DNA of 62,719 nucleotides, counting the filler, from Chiloscyllium plagiosum (Eukaryota): assembly GCF_004010195.1 (NCBI RefSeq). It is 4 parts of one record of this genome, joined end to end, with 100 filler letters (N's around TTAATTAATTAA, not from the genome) between each part and the next. Parts side by side here need not be neighbours in the genome. Positions count along the whole stretch, not along the records: positions 25,792 to 47,669 come from NC_057710.1; positions 47,770 to 60,341 come from NC_057710.1; 2 more parts are not named here. One strand, written 5' to 3'. Positions 37,880-48,659 of the stretch are shown here, one piece after another; the first letter of the stretch is position 1, and each line of letters starts with the position of its first letter. The notes beneath the pieces are model-generated. The model was not told the origin of the DNA, made no database searches, and saw only the letters and a list, made by a program, of their open reading frames with translations. The position numbers and the translations under genes were made by a program.

Positions 37880-38800
37880 ATTGTAAATAGAGGAGTGGCA
37901 GGGTTTTGCTACTCTTGAAAGTACAAGTCGTGTACAATGTGAGAACTCCAGGATGCTTTCTATGTCTTGGAGAACTATTTAGGCACAGCGTGTGGTCAGC
38001 AGAGCTGCAGGTTTCAGAGCTTGAGCAGGAGCTGTTGTCATTGAGATGCACCCTCAAAACTGATAGGTACACTGAGAGCATGCTGATAGATGTGGACACC
38101 CCACACTTTCAAAGCATGAAGGGAGGGAGGGAATGGGTGATCACCAGGTAGTCCAAAAGAGCCAGGCAAGGAACTCAGCAATTCACTGAATGCATCCTGC
38201 TGGGCAGAAGGTGGGGGACATTTAAACTAAGTCAGTATACGTGGGAACCAGAAGAGGACATCAGAAGGAAAACTAGGTACACAAAACAGTGAGAAATAAA
38301 CAAATTCACTTCTGAATAATGATGAGAGTGATGGCTCAACAAGGAAGGGCAGTCAAAGGCAAGTTCATTGGCTCCCCTGGTGGCTCAACTGTACAGAGGG
38401 CACAAGGAAGACTGAAAAAGCAATGGGTAATTTGATAGATTGGAATTAAAGCAAACTCTTCTGTAGCCCCGCACATAGACTCAGGATATAATGTGTCCAT
38501 GATGCCAGGGTGGTGGAAATCAGTGATCAGGTGTATAGCTCCCTGGGATGGCAGGATGCACAGTCAGCAGTCACAGCCCCCAACAGTACCACTGGTTTAC
38601 ATAGCAGGAGGGATGTGATCCTGCAGCCAGAATTTAGGGAGCTAGATAAGAAATTAGCAACAGGTCCTCAGATACAATAATTTCCACCTTACTCTCAGTT
38701 CTCCATGTAAGCAAGTACAGAAATAGGGGGACAGGAGGATGAACGGATGGTTAGAAATTTGGTGCAGCAGGAAAAGCTTTACGTTACTGGGAATAGTTCT
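37880..38800 (+). mobile_element. Degraded CR1 ORF1 remnant
   Basis: LQVSELEQELLSLRC...GREWVIT coiled-coil region followed by an esterase-like region. Confidence 0.55.
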
Positions 38801-39417
38801 GCAAAAACAAAAACAGAAATTGCTGTTAAAAACTCAGCAGGTCTGGCAGCATCCGTGGAGAGAAATCAGAATTAACATTTTTAGTCTAGTGACCCTTCTG
38901 GAGAACTGATTGAAGCTAGGATAGGGGTGGTGTTTATGCAGAGGTTGTAGTAGCAGGAAGGGAGGGAGTAGGAGTAAACAATAGATGAAGATAGAGCCCG
39001 AAGAAAGAGAGAAACAGTTGGACAAAAAAAGGACTGGGTAAAGGTCAGTCTGGGAGAATGAATAGTTGCTCATGGGTTTCTGTGTGTGGTAGCAGGCCAT
39101 GTGATCACAAGACTTGACGTGTGAAGGTTGGGGCAAGGACATGGGAGAAAGATTCAAGCCTGAAAACTATTGAACTTGATATAAAGTCCAGAAGGCTGCA
39201 GGGTCCCCGAGTGGAAAAATGAGGTGCTATTCGTCCAGCTTGTTCTGAGCTTCACTGGAGCACTGCAGCATGCCTGAGACACAGATGTTGGCCAGGGGAA
39301 CGCAGTGTTGTATTGAAGTAGCAGGCAATTGGAAGCTCAGGGCTATTTTTGCCGACAGAGCTCATGAGGAATCATAGGATCTCCATAGTCTAGAAACAGG
39401 CCATTTGGCCCAACAAG

Positions 39418-39657
39418 GCGAAAGTGAGGACTACAGATGCTTGGAGATCAGAGTCAAGACTAGAGGGGTGCTGGAAAAGCAGAGCAGGTCAGGGAGCATC
39501 CGAGGAGCAGGAAAATCGACATTTCAGGCAGGAGCCCCTCATCAGGAATGAGGTCTCATTCCTGATGAAGGGCTTTTGCCCGAAATATCTATTTTTCTGC
39601 TCCTCAGATGCTGCCTGGCCTACTGTGATTTTCCATCATCATTCTAATCCTGATTTA
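39418..39657. mobile_element. Back-to-back inverted pair of hammerhead elements with 10-bp TSD
   Basis: TCATCAGGAATGAG-GT-CTCATTCCTGATGA symmetry centre at 39553-39554; GCCCAACAAG at 39408-39417 and 39658-39667. Confidence 0.85.
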
Positions 39658-39760
39658 GCCCAACAAGTCCACCCCAATCCATTCCCCTCCCTTATTATCT
39701 GACATTTACCCCAACTAATGCACCTAACCTACACGTCCCTGAACACTAGAGGCAATTTGT

Positions 39761-40055
39761 GGGCGGCACGGTGGCACAGTGATTAGCACTTCTGCCTCAC
39801 AGCACCAGAGACCCGGGTTCAATTCCCNNNNNNNNNNNNNNNNNNNNNNNNNNNNNNNNNNNNNNNNNNNNNNNNNNNNNGTGGATTTCCTCCGGGTGCT
39901 CCGGTTTCCTCCCACAGTCCAAAAATGTGCAGATTAGGTGAATTGGCCATGCTAAAATTGCCCGTAGTGTTAGGTGAAGGGGTAAATGTAGGGTGGGTTG
40001 CTCTTCGGAAGGTTGGTGTGGACTTGTTGGGTCAAAGGGCCTGTTTCCACACTAT
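39761..40055 (+). mobile_element. tRNA-derived SINE, HE1/V-SINE-like (53-N gap inside)
   Basis: GGGCGGCACGGTGGCACAGTGATTAGCAC (A box), GGGTTCAATTCCC (B box), TCCGGTTTCCTCCCACAGTCCAAA core, CR1-like tail. Confidence 0.8.
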
Positions 40056-40094
40056 AAGTAATCTAATCTAATCTGTAAGTAACCTAACCTAAAA

Positions 40095-40238
40095 CCTGCA
40101 CACCTTTGGACTGTGGGAGGAAACCCACGCAGACAAGGGGAGAATGTACAAACTCCACACTGACAGTCGCCCGAGGCAGGAATCAAACTTGAATCCCTGG
40201 TGCTGTGAGGCAGCAGTGCTAACCACTCACCACTGTGC
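40095..40238 (-). mobile_element. Second HE1-like SINE copy, inverted (tail-to-tail)
   Basis: Reverse complement of the SINE head and core. Confidence 0.78.
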
Positions 40239-40897
40239 TGAGTTAGGATCCATACAACTGGATGAGTACACATAAATACAGCTAGGACTTTGAGGGAGAA
40301 TGGAGAATGGAGAATGGAGTGCAACTGGGGAGGGTTTAAATTACATTGGTACCAATGTGGGGAGCAAGAGAGAATATCAGAAAGGAAAACTGGGTGCAGA
40401 AAATGGTGGGAAATAAATGAATCTGGGAACATAGGATATTGAGCGGGTAGTAGGTGATTCTGCCCATTATGTCTATTTCATCATTCAACAGATCATAGCT
40501 CTTCAGCTATCTCATTATTATTTTTCTCACTGTCCCCAACACATTGCAGTAGCATCCAGAAATTTAGTCATTTCTGCTTTGGAATGGTCAGTCATGGAGC
40601 AGCAACTCTCTGTCATAGAATCAGAACGAGCTAAAGTACACTAAAAGGCTTTCAAATCTGGTCCAGTCAAAAGCAACCACTTAACTATTTTAATACCATT
40701 TTCCTTGGCATTGAAGTGCACATCTAAATACTCCTTAAATATTATAAGAATTTCTGTCTCTCCCACCCTTACAGGCAGTGAGTTCCAGATTGCCACCACC
40801 CTCTGGGTGAAAAAGGTTTTCCTCACATCCCCTCTAAACATTCTGCCTTTTACCTTAAATGTATGTCCCTTGGTCATTGATCCCTCCACCAAAGGGA

Positions 40898-41620
40898 ATT
40901 GGTTTTCCACTACCGAACAGCCCAGATGGCCTCCTTCTTCAAAGACCACAATTTCCCCTCAGACGTGGTTGACGATGCTCTTCACCGCATCTCCTCCACN
41001 NNNNNNNNNNNNNNNNNNNNNNNNNNNNNNNNNNNNNNNNNNNNNNNNNNNNNNNNNNNNNNNNNNNNNNNNNNNNNNNNNNNNNNNNNNNNNNNNNNNN
41101 NNNNNNNNNNNNNNNNNNNNNNNNNNNNNNNNNNNNNNNNNNNNNNNNNNNNNNNNNNNNNNNNNNNNNNNNNNNNNNNNNNNNNNNNNNNNNNNNNNNN
41201 NNNNNNNNNNNNNNNNNNNNNNNNNNNNNNNNNNNNNNNNNNNNNNNNNNNNNNNNNNNNNNNNNNNNNNNNNNNNNNNNNNNNNNNNNNNNNNNNNNNN
41301 NNNNNNNNNNNNNNNNNNNNNNNNNNNNNNNNNNNNNNNNNNNNNNNNNNNACTCAGCACCGCCTTCTTGACCTGCAATCTTCTTCCCGACCTCTCCGCC
41401 CCTACCCCCTCTCCGGCCTATCACTGCCACCTTAACCTCCTTCCGCCTATCGCATTCCCAACGCCCCTCCCCCAAGTCCCTCCTCCCTACCTTTTATCTT
41501 AGCCTGCTTGGCACATCTTCCTCATTCCTGAAGAAGGGCTTATGCCCGAAACGTCAATTCTCCTGCTCCTTGGATGCTGCCTGACCTGCTACGCTTTTCC
41601 AGCAACACATTTTTCGGCTC
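40898..41620 (+). mobile_element. Penelope-like (Neptune-type) element with a 352-N internal gap and a hammerhead at ~41524-41558
   Basis: FHYRTAQMASFFKDHNFPSDVVDDALHRISS; 3' repeat with CTGAAGAAGGGCTTATGCCCGAAACGTC. Confidence 0.8.
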
Positions 41621-42354
41621 TAAAACTCTCCAGCCCAGGCAGCATCCTGGGAAGTCTTCTCTGCACCCACTCCTGTGCTATAACATCTTTCCTATAGTGT
41701 AGATTCCAGAACTGCACCTAATACTCTCTGTCCTAGCCAATATTTTATATGGTTCCAGCATAACCTCCCTGCTCGTAGACTCTCTGCCTCAGATAATAAA
41801 GGCAAGTATCCCAAATGCCTTCTCAACCACTTTGCCCATGTGTCCTGCTACCTTATGGAATCAGTGGACATGCACACCAAAGTCCCTCTGATCCATTGTG
41901 TTTTCTAAGGCTACCCTTGCCTTGCCATATCCTCCTCTGAGGTTGGGAATTCTAAAGAATCATCTGAAGAAATTTCTCCTCATTTCAGTCTTAAATGGCT
42001 GACCACTTACTCTAAAATGATGCCTCCTGGTTCCAGCTATGGGAAACATCCTATCTATATTCACCCTGTCAAGAATTTTATAAGTTTCAATGAGAAAACC
42101 TCTCATTCTTCAAAACCCGAGAGAATACATGCCCATTCTCCTCAACCTCTCCTCAAAATGTCAGGTGGAATTTCCAACCTCACCCCCTCCTCCCTACCAT
42201 CAGCACACATGCAGACACACACACACAGAGACACACATGCACACAGAGACACACACACATACATACACAGGCACACATACACACACAATCCCATCCCCAC
42301 ACCCCTCCCCCCCCCCACCCCCACCCCCAATAACTGCTGACTGCCTTGGTCTGT

Positions 42355-42700
42355 CAAAAATCTACCTAACTTACCTTTGCATGACATAGCCACAGGAAAA
42401 CATCCCTTTTTTTATTTTCCATTCCTCTTGAAACAAACACCAATGTAACACTTGCCTTCCTAACCACCTGTTGTACCTCCATTTTAGTGTTTTGTGTTTC
42501 ACAAACCAGGGACCAGATCCTCTGTACCAAAAATCTACCTAACTTACCTTTGCATGACATAGCCACAGGAAAACATCCCTTTTTTTATTTTCCATTCCTC
42601 TTGAAACAAACACCAATGTAACACTTGCCTTCCTAACCACCTGTTGTACCTCCATTTTAGTGTTTTGTGTTTCACAAACCAGGGACCAGATCCTCTGTAC
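42355..42700. repeat. 173-bp perfect tandem duplication of a CR1 fragment
   Basis: CAAAAATCTACCTAACTTACC... at 42355 and 42528. Confidence 0.9.
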
Positions 42701-42799
42701 CTCAAAGGTTAGCAATGTAGCTCCATTCAAATACTAAACTTCTTTGCCATTCTGCCAGCCAAATATATCTATGGCAGGTCCACATTTCACACATTACTC

Positions 42800-43865
42800 T
42801 TCAGGGAATGGACCTACCGTAGAGTAGTGAATCTATTGGGGAGGTTTCTCATGTGATGAAACATAGAGATTGGTTAAAGTGTGTCTGCTTTAATGCAAGG
42901 AGTGTCCGGAATAAGAGTGACGAACTTAGAGCATGGATCAGTACTTGGGGCTACGATGTTGTGGCCATAACGGAGATGTGGGTTCCACAGGGGCAGCAAT
43001 GGTTGCTAGATGCTCCAGGGTTTAGAACGTATGAAAAGAACAGGGAGGGTGGAAAAAGAGGAGGGGGTGTAGCATTGCTAATCAGAGAGTGCATCACAGC
43101 TACAGAATTAAAGTTGTTGAGGAAGGTTTGTCTACTGAGTCAGTATGGGTGGAAGATAGGAACAGCAAGGGAGCAGTCACCGCATTGGGGGTTTTCTACA
43201 CACCCCCTAATAGCAGTAGGGAGATTGAAGATCACATGGGTGGGCAGATTCTGGAAAAATGCAAAAGTAGCAGGGTTGTTGTTATGGGTGATTTCAACTT
43301 TCCCAATATCGACTGGAACCTCCTTAATGCAGACGGTTTGGATGGAGCCGTTTTTGTCAGGTGTGTTCAGGAGGGTTTCCTTACTCAGTATGGAGATAGG
43401 CCGATGAGGGGAGGGATCATTTTGGATTTGGTGCTCGGCAATGAGCCAGGACAGGCGTCAGATCCCACACTGGGACAGCACTTTGGTGAAAGTGATTACA
43501 ACTGCCTCACATTTAGCATAGCCTTGGAGAGTGAAAGGAGCAGGTACCGAGGGAAGATATTTAATTGGGGAAAAGGAAATTATGACGCTATCAGACAGGA
43601 GTTGGGAAGTACAGCCTGAGAGCAATTGTTCCACAGAAAGGGCACAGCAGACACGTGGAGACTGTTTAAGGAGCAGTTGTTGCGAGTGATGCACGAATTT
43701 GCTCCTCTGAGACATGTAAGAAGGGGTAAGATTAAGGAGCCTTGGATGACGAGAACAGAGGAGCTTCTCATCGAAAGGAAGAAGGCAGCTTATGTAAGGT
43801 GGAGGAAGCAAGGATCTAGCACAGCTTTAGAGGGTTACAGGCTGACTAGAAAGGAGCTCAGAAAT
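42800..43865 (+). mobile_element. CR1 ORF2 APE endonuclease region (1 frameshift, 1 stop), abruptly truncated at a satellite
   Basis: LKCVCFNARSVRNKSDELRAWISTWGYDVVAITEMW; VVVMGDFNFPNIDW; ILDLVLGNEPGQ. Confidence 0.92.
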
Positions 43866-45485
43866 GGTCCCTCCCTCGGTCCCTCCCTCCCTCGGTCCCT
43901 CCCTCCCTCGGTCCCTCCCTCCCTCGGTCCCTCCCTCCCTCGGTCCCTCCCTCCCTCGGTCCCTCCCTCCCTCGGTCCCTCCCTCCCTCGGTCCCTCCCT
44001 CCCTCGGTCCCTCCCTCCCTCGGTCCCTCCCTCCCTCGGTCCCTCCCTCCCTCGGTCCCTCCCTCCCTCGGTCCCTCCCTCCCTCGGTCCCTCCCTCCCT
44101 CGGTCCCTCCCTCCCTCGGTCCCTCCCTCCCTCGGTCCCTCCCTCCCTCGGTCCCTCCCTCCCTCGGTCCCTCCCTCCCTCGGTCCCTCCCTCCCTCGGT
44201 CCCTCCCTCCCTCGGTCCCTCCCTCCCTCGGTCCCTCCCTCCCTCGGTCCCTCCCTCCCTCGGTCCCTCCCTCCCTCGGTCCCTCCCTCCCTCGGTCCCT
44301 CCCTCCCTCGGTCCCTCCCTCCCTCGGTCCCTCCCTCCCTCGGTCCCTCCCTCCCTCGGTCCCTCCCTCCCTCGGTCCCTCCCTCCCTCGGTCCCTCCCT
44401 CCCTCGGTCCCTCCCTCCCTCGGTCCCTCCCTCCCTCGGTCCCTCCCTCCCTCGGTCCCTCCCTCCCTCGGTCCCTCCCTCCCTCGGTCCCTCCCTCCCT
44501 CGGTCCCTCCCTCCCTCGGTCCCTCCCTCCCTCGGTCCCTCCCTCCCTCGGTCCCTCCCTCCCTCGGTCCCTCCCTCCCTCGGTCCCTCCCTCCCTCGGT
44601 CCCTCCCTCCCTCGGTCCCTCCCTCCCTCGGTCCCTCCCTCCCTCGGTCCCTCCCTCCCTCGGTCCCTCCCTCCCTCGGTCCCTCCCTCCCTCGGTCCCT
44701 CCCTCCCTCGGTCCCTCCCTCCCTCGGTCCCTCCCTCCCTCGGTCCCTCCCTCCCTCGGTCCCTCCCTCCCTCGGTCCCTCCCTCCCTCGGTCCCTCCCT
44801 CCCTCGGTCCCTCCCTCCCTCGGTCCCTCCCTCCCTCGGTCCCTCCCTCCCTCGGTCCCTCCCTCCCTCGGTCCCTCCCTCCCTCGGTCCCTCCCTCCCT
44901 CGGTCCCTCCCTCCCTCGGTCCCTCCCTCCCTCGGTCCCTCCCTCCCTCGGTCCCTCCCTCCCTCGGTCCCTCCCTCCCTCGGTCCCTCCCTCCCTCGGT
45001 CCCTCCCTCCCTCGGTCCCTCCCTCCCTCGGTCCCTCCCTCCCTCGGTCCCTCCCTCCCTCGGTCCCTCCCTCCCTCGGTCCCTCCCTCCCTCGGTCCCT
45101 CCCTCCCTCGGTCCCTCCCTCCCTCGGTCCCTCCCTCCCTCGGTCCCTCCCTCCCTCGGTCCCTCCCTCCCTCGGTCCCTCCCTCCCTCGGTCCCTCCCT
45201 CCCTCGGTCCCTCCCTCCCTCGGTCCCTCCCTCCCTCGGTCCCTCCCTCCCTCGGTCCCTCCCTCCCTCGGTCCCTCCCTCCCTCGGTCCCTCCCTCCCT
45301 CGGTCCCTCCCTCCCTCGGTCCCTCCCTCCCTCGGTCCCTCCCTCCCTCGGTCCCTCCCTCCCTCGGTCCCTCCCTCCCTCCCTTGGTCCCTCCCTCCCT
45401 CCCTCGGTCCCTCCCTCGGTCCCTCGGTCCCTCTGTCCCTCCCTCCCTCCGTCCCTCCCTCCCTCGGTCCCTCGGTCCCTCCCTC
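43866..45485. repeat. 16-bp satellite (GGTCCCTCCCTCCCTC)n, ~95-100 copies, nearly perfect
   Basis: Direct reading. Confidence 0.97.
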
Positions 45486-45488
45486 CAG

Positions 45489-45591
45489 TTTAAGAGGAGT
45501 AAGGATGGGAGTGTGATGGGTCTATCGGTCAGTCGCTTGGCCGCACTCCATCACTGCCAGTCCCTCACTCAGGCCTGTGGCTACAACGAAG
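45489..45591 (+). CDS. DIP2B: DIP2B-like exon: FKRSKDGSVMGLSVSRLAALHHCQSLTQACGYNE
   Basis: ccag acceptor, gtgagt donor; 103 nt, phase 0-1; matches DIP2 AMP-binding-domain sequence (DIP2B YKTSKEGSVMGVTVSRLAMLSHCQALSQAC). Confidence 0.85.
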
Positions 45592-45730
45592 GTGAGTGAG
45601 TGTGTGAGTGAGGGTCCCCTACCCTCCCTCGCCTACCGTCCACCCTCCCTCCCCTCCCCTCCGAGTCCGGCCGGCCGGCCGAGTGGACTGTCCACTCCTA
45701 ACCCAGACCACTCTCTGTGCTCCCCCTCAG

Positions 45731-45795
45731 GTGAGGCCATCGTCAACGTCCTGGACTTCAAGAGAGACGCCGGACTCCAGCACAGCGTGCTGACC
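45731..45795 (+). CDS. DIP2B: DIP2B-like exon: GEAIVNVLDFKRDAGLQHSVLT
   Basis: ccctcag acceptor, gtaagg donor; 65 nt, phase 1-0; VNVLDFK.DAGL motif. Confidence 0.88.
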
Positions 45796-45799
45796 GTAA

Positions 45800-47438
45800 G
45801 GAGTGACCGGGAGTGACCGCAGTGACCCTGAGTGACCGCACTGTCCCAGAGTGACCGGGAGTGACTGCACTGTCCCTGAGTGACCGGGAGTGACCGCACT
45901 GTCCCGGAGTGACCGGGAGTGACCGCACTGTCCCTGAGTGACCGGGAGTGACTGCACTGTCCCTGACTGACCGGGAGTGACCGCACTGTCCCTGAGTGAC
46001 TGGGAGTGACCGCGCTGTCCCTGAGTGACCGGGAGTGACCGCACAGGGGAGGGGGTGGTGGGGGGGCCCTGAGTGACTGGGAGTGACCGCAGTGACCCTG
46101 AGTGACCGGGAGTGACCGCACTGTCCCTGAGTGACTGGGAGTGACTGCACTGTCCCTGAGTGACCGGGAGTGACTGCACTGGCCTTGGGACAGCCCCTGA
46201 GTGACCGGGAGTGACCGCACTGTCCCTGAGTGACCGGGAGTGACCGCAGTGACCTTGAGTGACCGGGAGTGACCGCACAGGGGAGCGAGTGGTGGGGGGG
46301 GGGGGGCCCTGAGTGACTGGGAGTGACCACACTGACCCTGAGTGACCGGGAGTGACCGCACAGGAGAGGGTGTGGTGGGTGGGCCCTGAGTGACCGGGAG
46401 TGACCGCACTGTCCCTGAGTGACCGGGAGTGACCGCACAGGGGAGGGTGTGGTGGGTGGGCCCTGAGTGACCGGGAGTGACCGCACTGTCCCTGACTGAC
46501 CGGGAGTGACCGCACAGGAGAGTGGGTGGGGGGGGCCTGAGTGACCAGGAGTGACAACACTGGCCTCGGGACAGCCCCTGAGTGACCGGGAGTGACCGCA
46601 CAGGGGAGGGTGTGGTGGGTGGCCCCTGAGTGACCGGGAGTGACCGCACAGGGGAGGGTGTGGTGGGTGGCCCCTGAGTGACCGGGAGTGACCGCACTGT
46701 CCCTGACTGACCGGGAGTGACCGCACAGGAGTGGGGGGGCCTGAGTGACCAGGAGTGACAACACTGGCCTCGGGACAGCCCCTGAGTGACCGGGAGTGGC
46801 CGCACTCTCCCTGACTGACCGGGAGTGACTGCACGGGGGGGGAGGGGGGGGCCCTGAGTGACCGGGAGTGACCGCACTGTCCCTGAGTGACCAGGAGTGA
46901 CCACACTGACCCAGGACAGTCCCTGAGTGACCGGTAGTGACCGCACTGGCCTTGGGAGAGCCCTGAGTGACCTGGAGTAACCGCACTGTCCGTGAGTGAC
47001 CGGGAGTGACCACACTGACCCAGGACAGCCCCTGAGTGACCGGGAGTGACCACACAGTCCCTGAGTGACCGGGAGTGACCACACTGGCCTCGGGACAGTC
47101 CCTGAGTGACCGGGAGTGACTACACTGACCCAGGACAGCCCCTGAGTGACCGGGAGTGACCCAGGACAGCCCCTGAGTGACCGGGAGTGACTACACTGAC
47201 CCAGGACAGTCCCTGAGTGACCGGGAGTGACCACACTGACCCAGGACAGCCCCTGAGTGACCGGGAGTGACCCAGGACAGCCCCTGAGTGACCGGGAGTG
47301 ACCCAGGACAGCCCCTGAGTGACCGGGAGTGACCGCACTGGCCTCGGGACAGTTTGTGAGTGACCGGGAGTGACCCAGGACAGCCCCTGAGCGACCGGGA
47401 GTGACCCAGGACAGCCCCTGAGTGACCGGGAGTGACCG
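45800..47438. repeat. Complex GC-rich intronic satellite built on CTGAGTGACCGGGAGTGACC modules
   Basis: Fills nearly the entire intron between two DIP2 exons. Confidence 0.95.
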
Positions 47439-47460
47439 TTTACTGCTTTGACCTTTGTAG

Positions 47461-47554
47461 AGTGTGATGAACAGGATCCACACCATCGTAGTCCCCTACG
47501 CCGTCATGAAGGCAGCGCCATTAACGTGGTTACAGAGGGTCCAGGCCCACAAAG
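47461..47554 (+). CDS. DIP2B: DIP2B-like exon: SVMNRIHTIVVPYAVMKAAPLTWLQRVQAHK
   Basis: ctttgtag acceptor, gt donor; 94 nt, phase 0-1; HTI..PY..MK..PL.W.QRV.AHK is the DIP2B-type pattern. Confidence 0.88.
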
Positions 47555-47556
47555 GT

Positions 47557-47669
47557 ACCCCCTCACTACCCCCTCACTACCCCTCACTACCCCTCACTAC
47601 CCCCTCACTACCCCTCACTACCCCCTCACTACCCCTCACTACCCCCTCACTACCCCTCACTACCCCTCA
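47557..47669. repeat. (CCCCTCACTA)n-type short tandem repeat ending at a gap
   Basis: Direct reading. Confidence 0.92.
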
Positions 47670-47769
47670 NNNNNNNNNNNNNNNNNNNNNNNNNNNNNNN
47701 NNNNNNNNNNNNNTTAATTAATTAANNNNNNNNNNNNNNNNNNNNNNNNNNNNNNNNNNNNNNNNNNNN
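47670..47769. other. Artificial contig linker 44N-TTAATTAATTAA-44N
   Basis: Same as at 25692. Confidence 0.97.
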
Positions 47770-48174
47770 CTCTTTTCCCTGCACCTTATCACATCTCTCC
47801 CTTTTTCACTTCTCTTTCCCCCTCTCTTCACCTGTTTGTTCCCCTTCTTTCTGCCTTGCTCTGTAGTGCTCGCGCTCTCATCTCTGCACTTCCAACTCCC
47901 ACCCCCCTTTCTTTCCCTGTCACTCTGTCTGTGTCTGTCTTCCAGCTTTTACTCTGTTTCGTTCCCTCCCTCCCTGGCTGTGAGTACCTGTGACAGTCCC
48001 TATTTTTCTATTCCCTGTTTTTTGCCCCCCAGCTGATTTTCCTCAATCTCTCTCTCTCTCTCTCTCTCTCTCCTTTTGCAGTCATTGTCAGAACATGTTG
48101 ATGGAAGCTCGCAGGACAGGGAGTAGTTTGAAGATCATCTTTAAAAAAAAAGATAAACTTCTCATGTTTTTCAG

Positions 48175-48237
48175 ACTACTTCTGAGAGAAGCATTAAAGA
48201 TCGCAAGACTAGCAGCAAAATTCCAAAGAAAGAAGCG
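48175..48237 (+). CDS. Candidate small exon TTSERSIKDRKTSSKIPKKEA, possibly ZNF638-like
   Basis: tgtttttcag acceptor, gtgatt donor; 63 nt, phase 0-0, compatible with the 54285 exon; no recognisable motif. Confidence 0.45.
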
Positions 48238-48659
48238 GTGATTTTCTCTCTCAGCTTCTCACTCTGCTCTTGCTCTATCCTAACTTTCCATTCTTATCTT
48301 TGACCATATGCCTCAGCCACACTGCCTTCAGTTTCATGCCTTCCCTCATCTCCCATCCCCACCATTTCCCATTTGTTCTCTCCTCTACTGTCATCCTCGT
48401 GGCTCGTTGCCCCCCAAATCTCTTGACTTTTTCCTATTACCTTCTCTCTATCTCTGGTTAGTGCTGCTTTGATTCTCTCCTTATGCTCATTTTGGACCTG
48501 CTCTCTTTCCTTGCTACTCACCCTGCTGCTTCCTTCTATTCTCCTCCTCATCAGATCTCCTCAACCCTGCTCTTCAAATCTTGTCTTATGGTTCTCAGTC
48601 GTCATTTTTCATCTTTTCCCAAGTAGAAGTTATTCACATTTGAACTTTGGCCAAGACAG

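Noticed and set aside
39761..39827. tRNA gene
   Set aside because: A/B boxes continue into SINE core and LINE-like tail; it is a SINE head
43626..45599. 657-aa and 550-aa Pro/Ser/Leu-rich ORFs, apparent CR1-repeat-DIP2 fusion
   Set aside because: The 16-bp unit lacks A, so it cannot contain stops; the DIP2 part has its own splice acceptor at 45488
45633..47486. Three long minus-strand ORFs (431-617 aa)
   Set aside because: Translations of an intronic satellite in all frames
47557..47669. Telomere-like repeat at a contig end
   Set aside because: The unit is CCCCTCACTA, not CCCTAA, and it starts right after a splice donor
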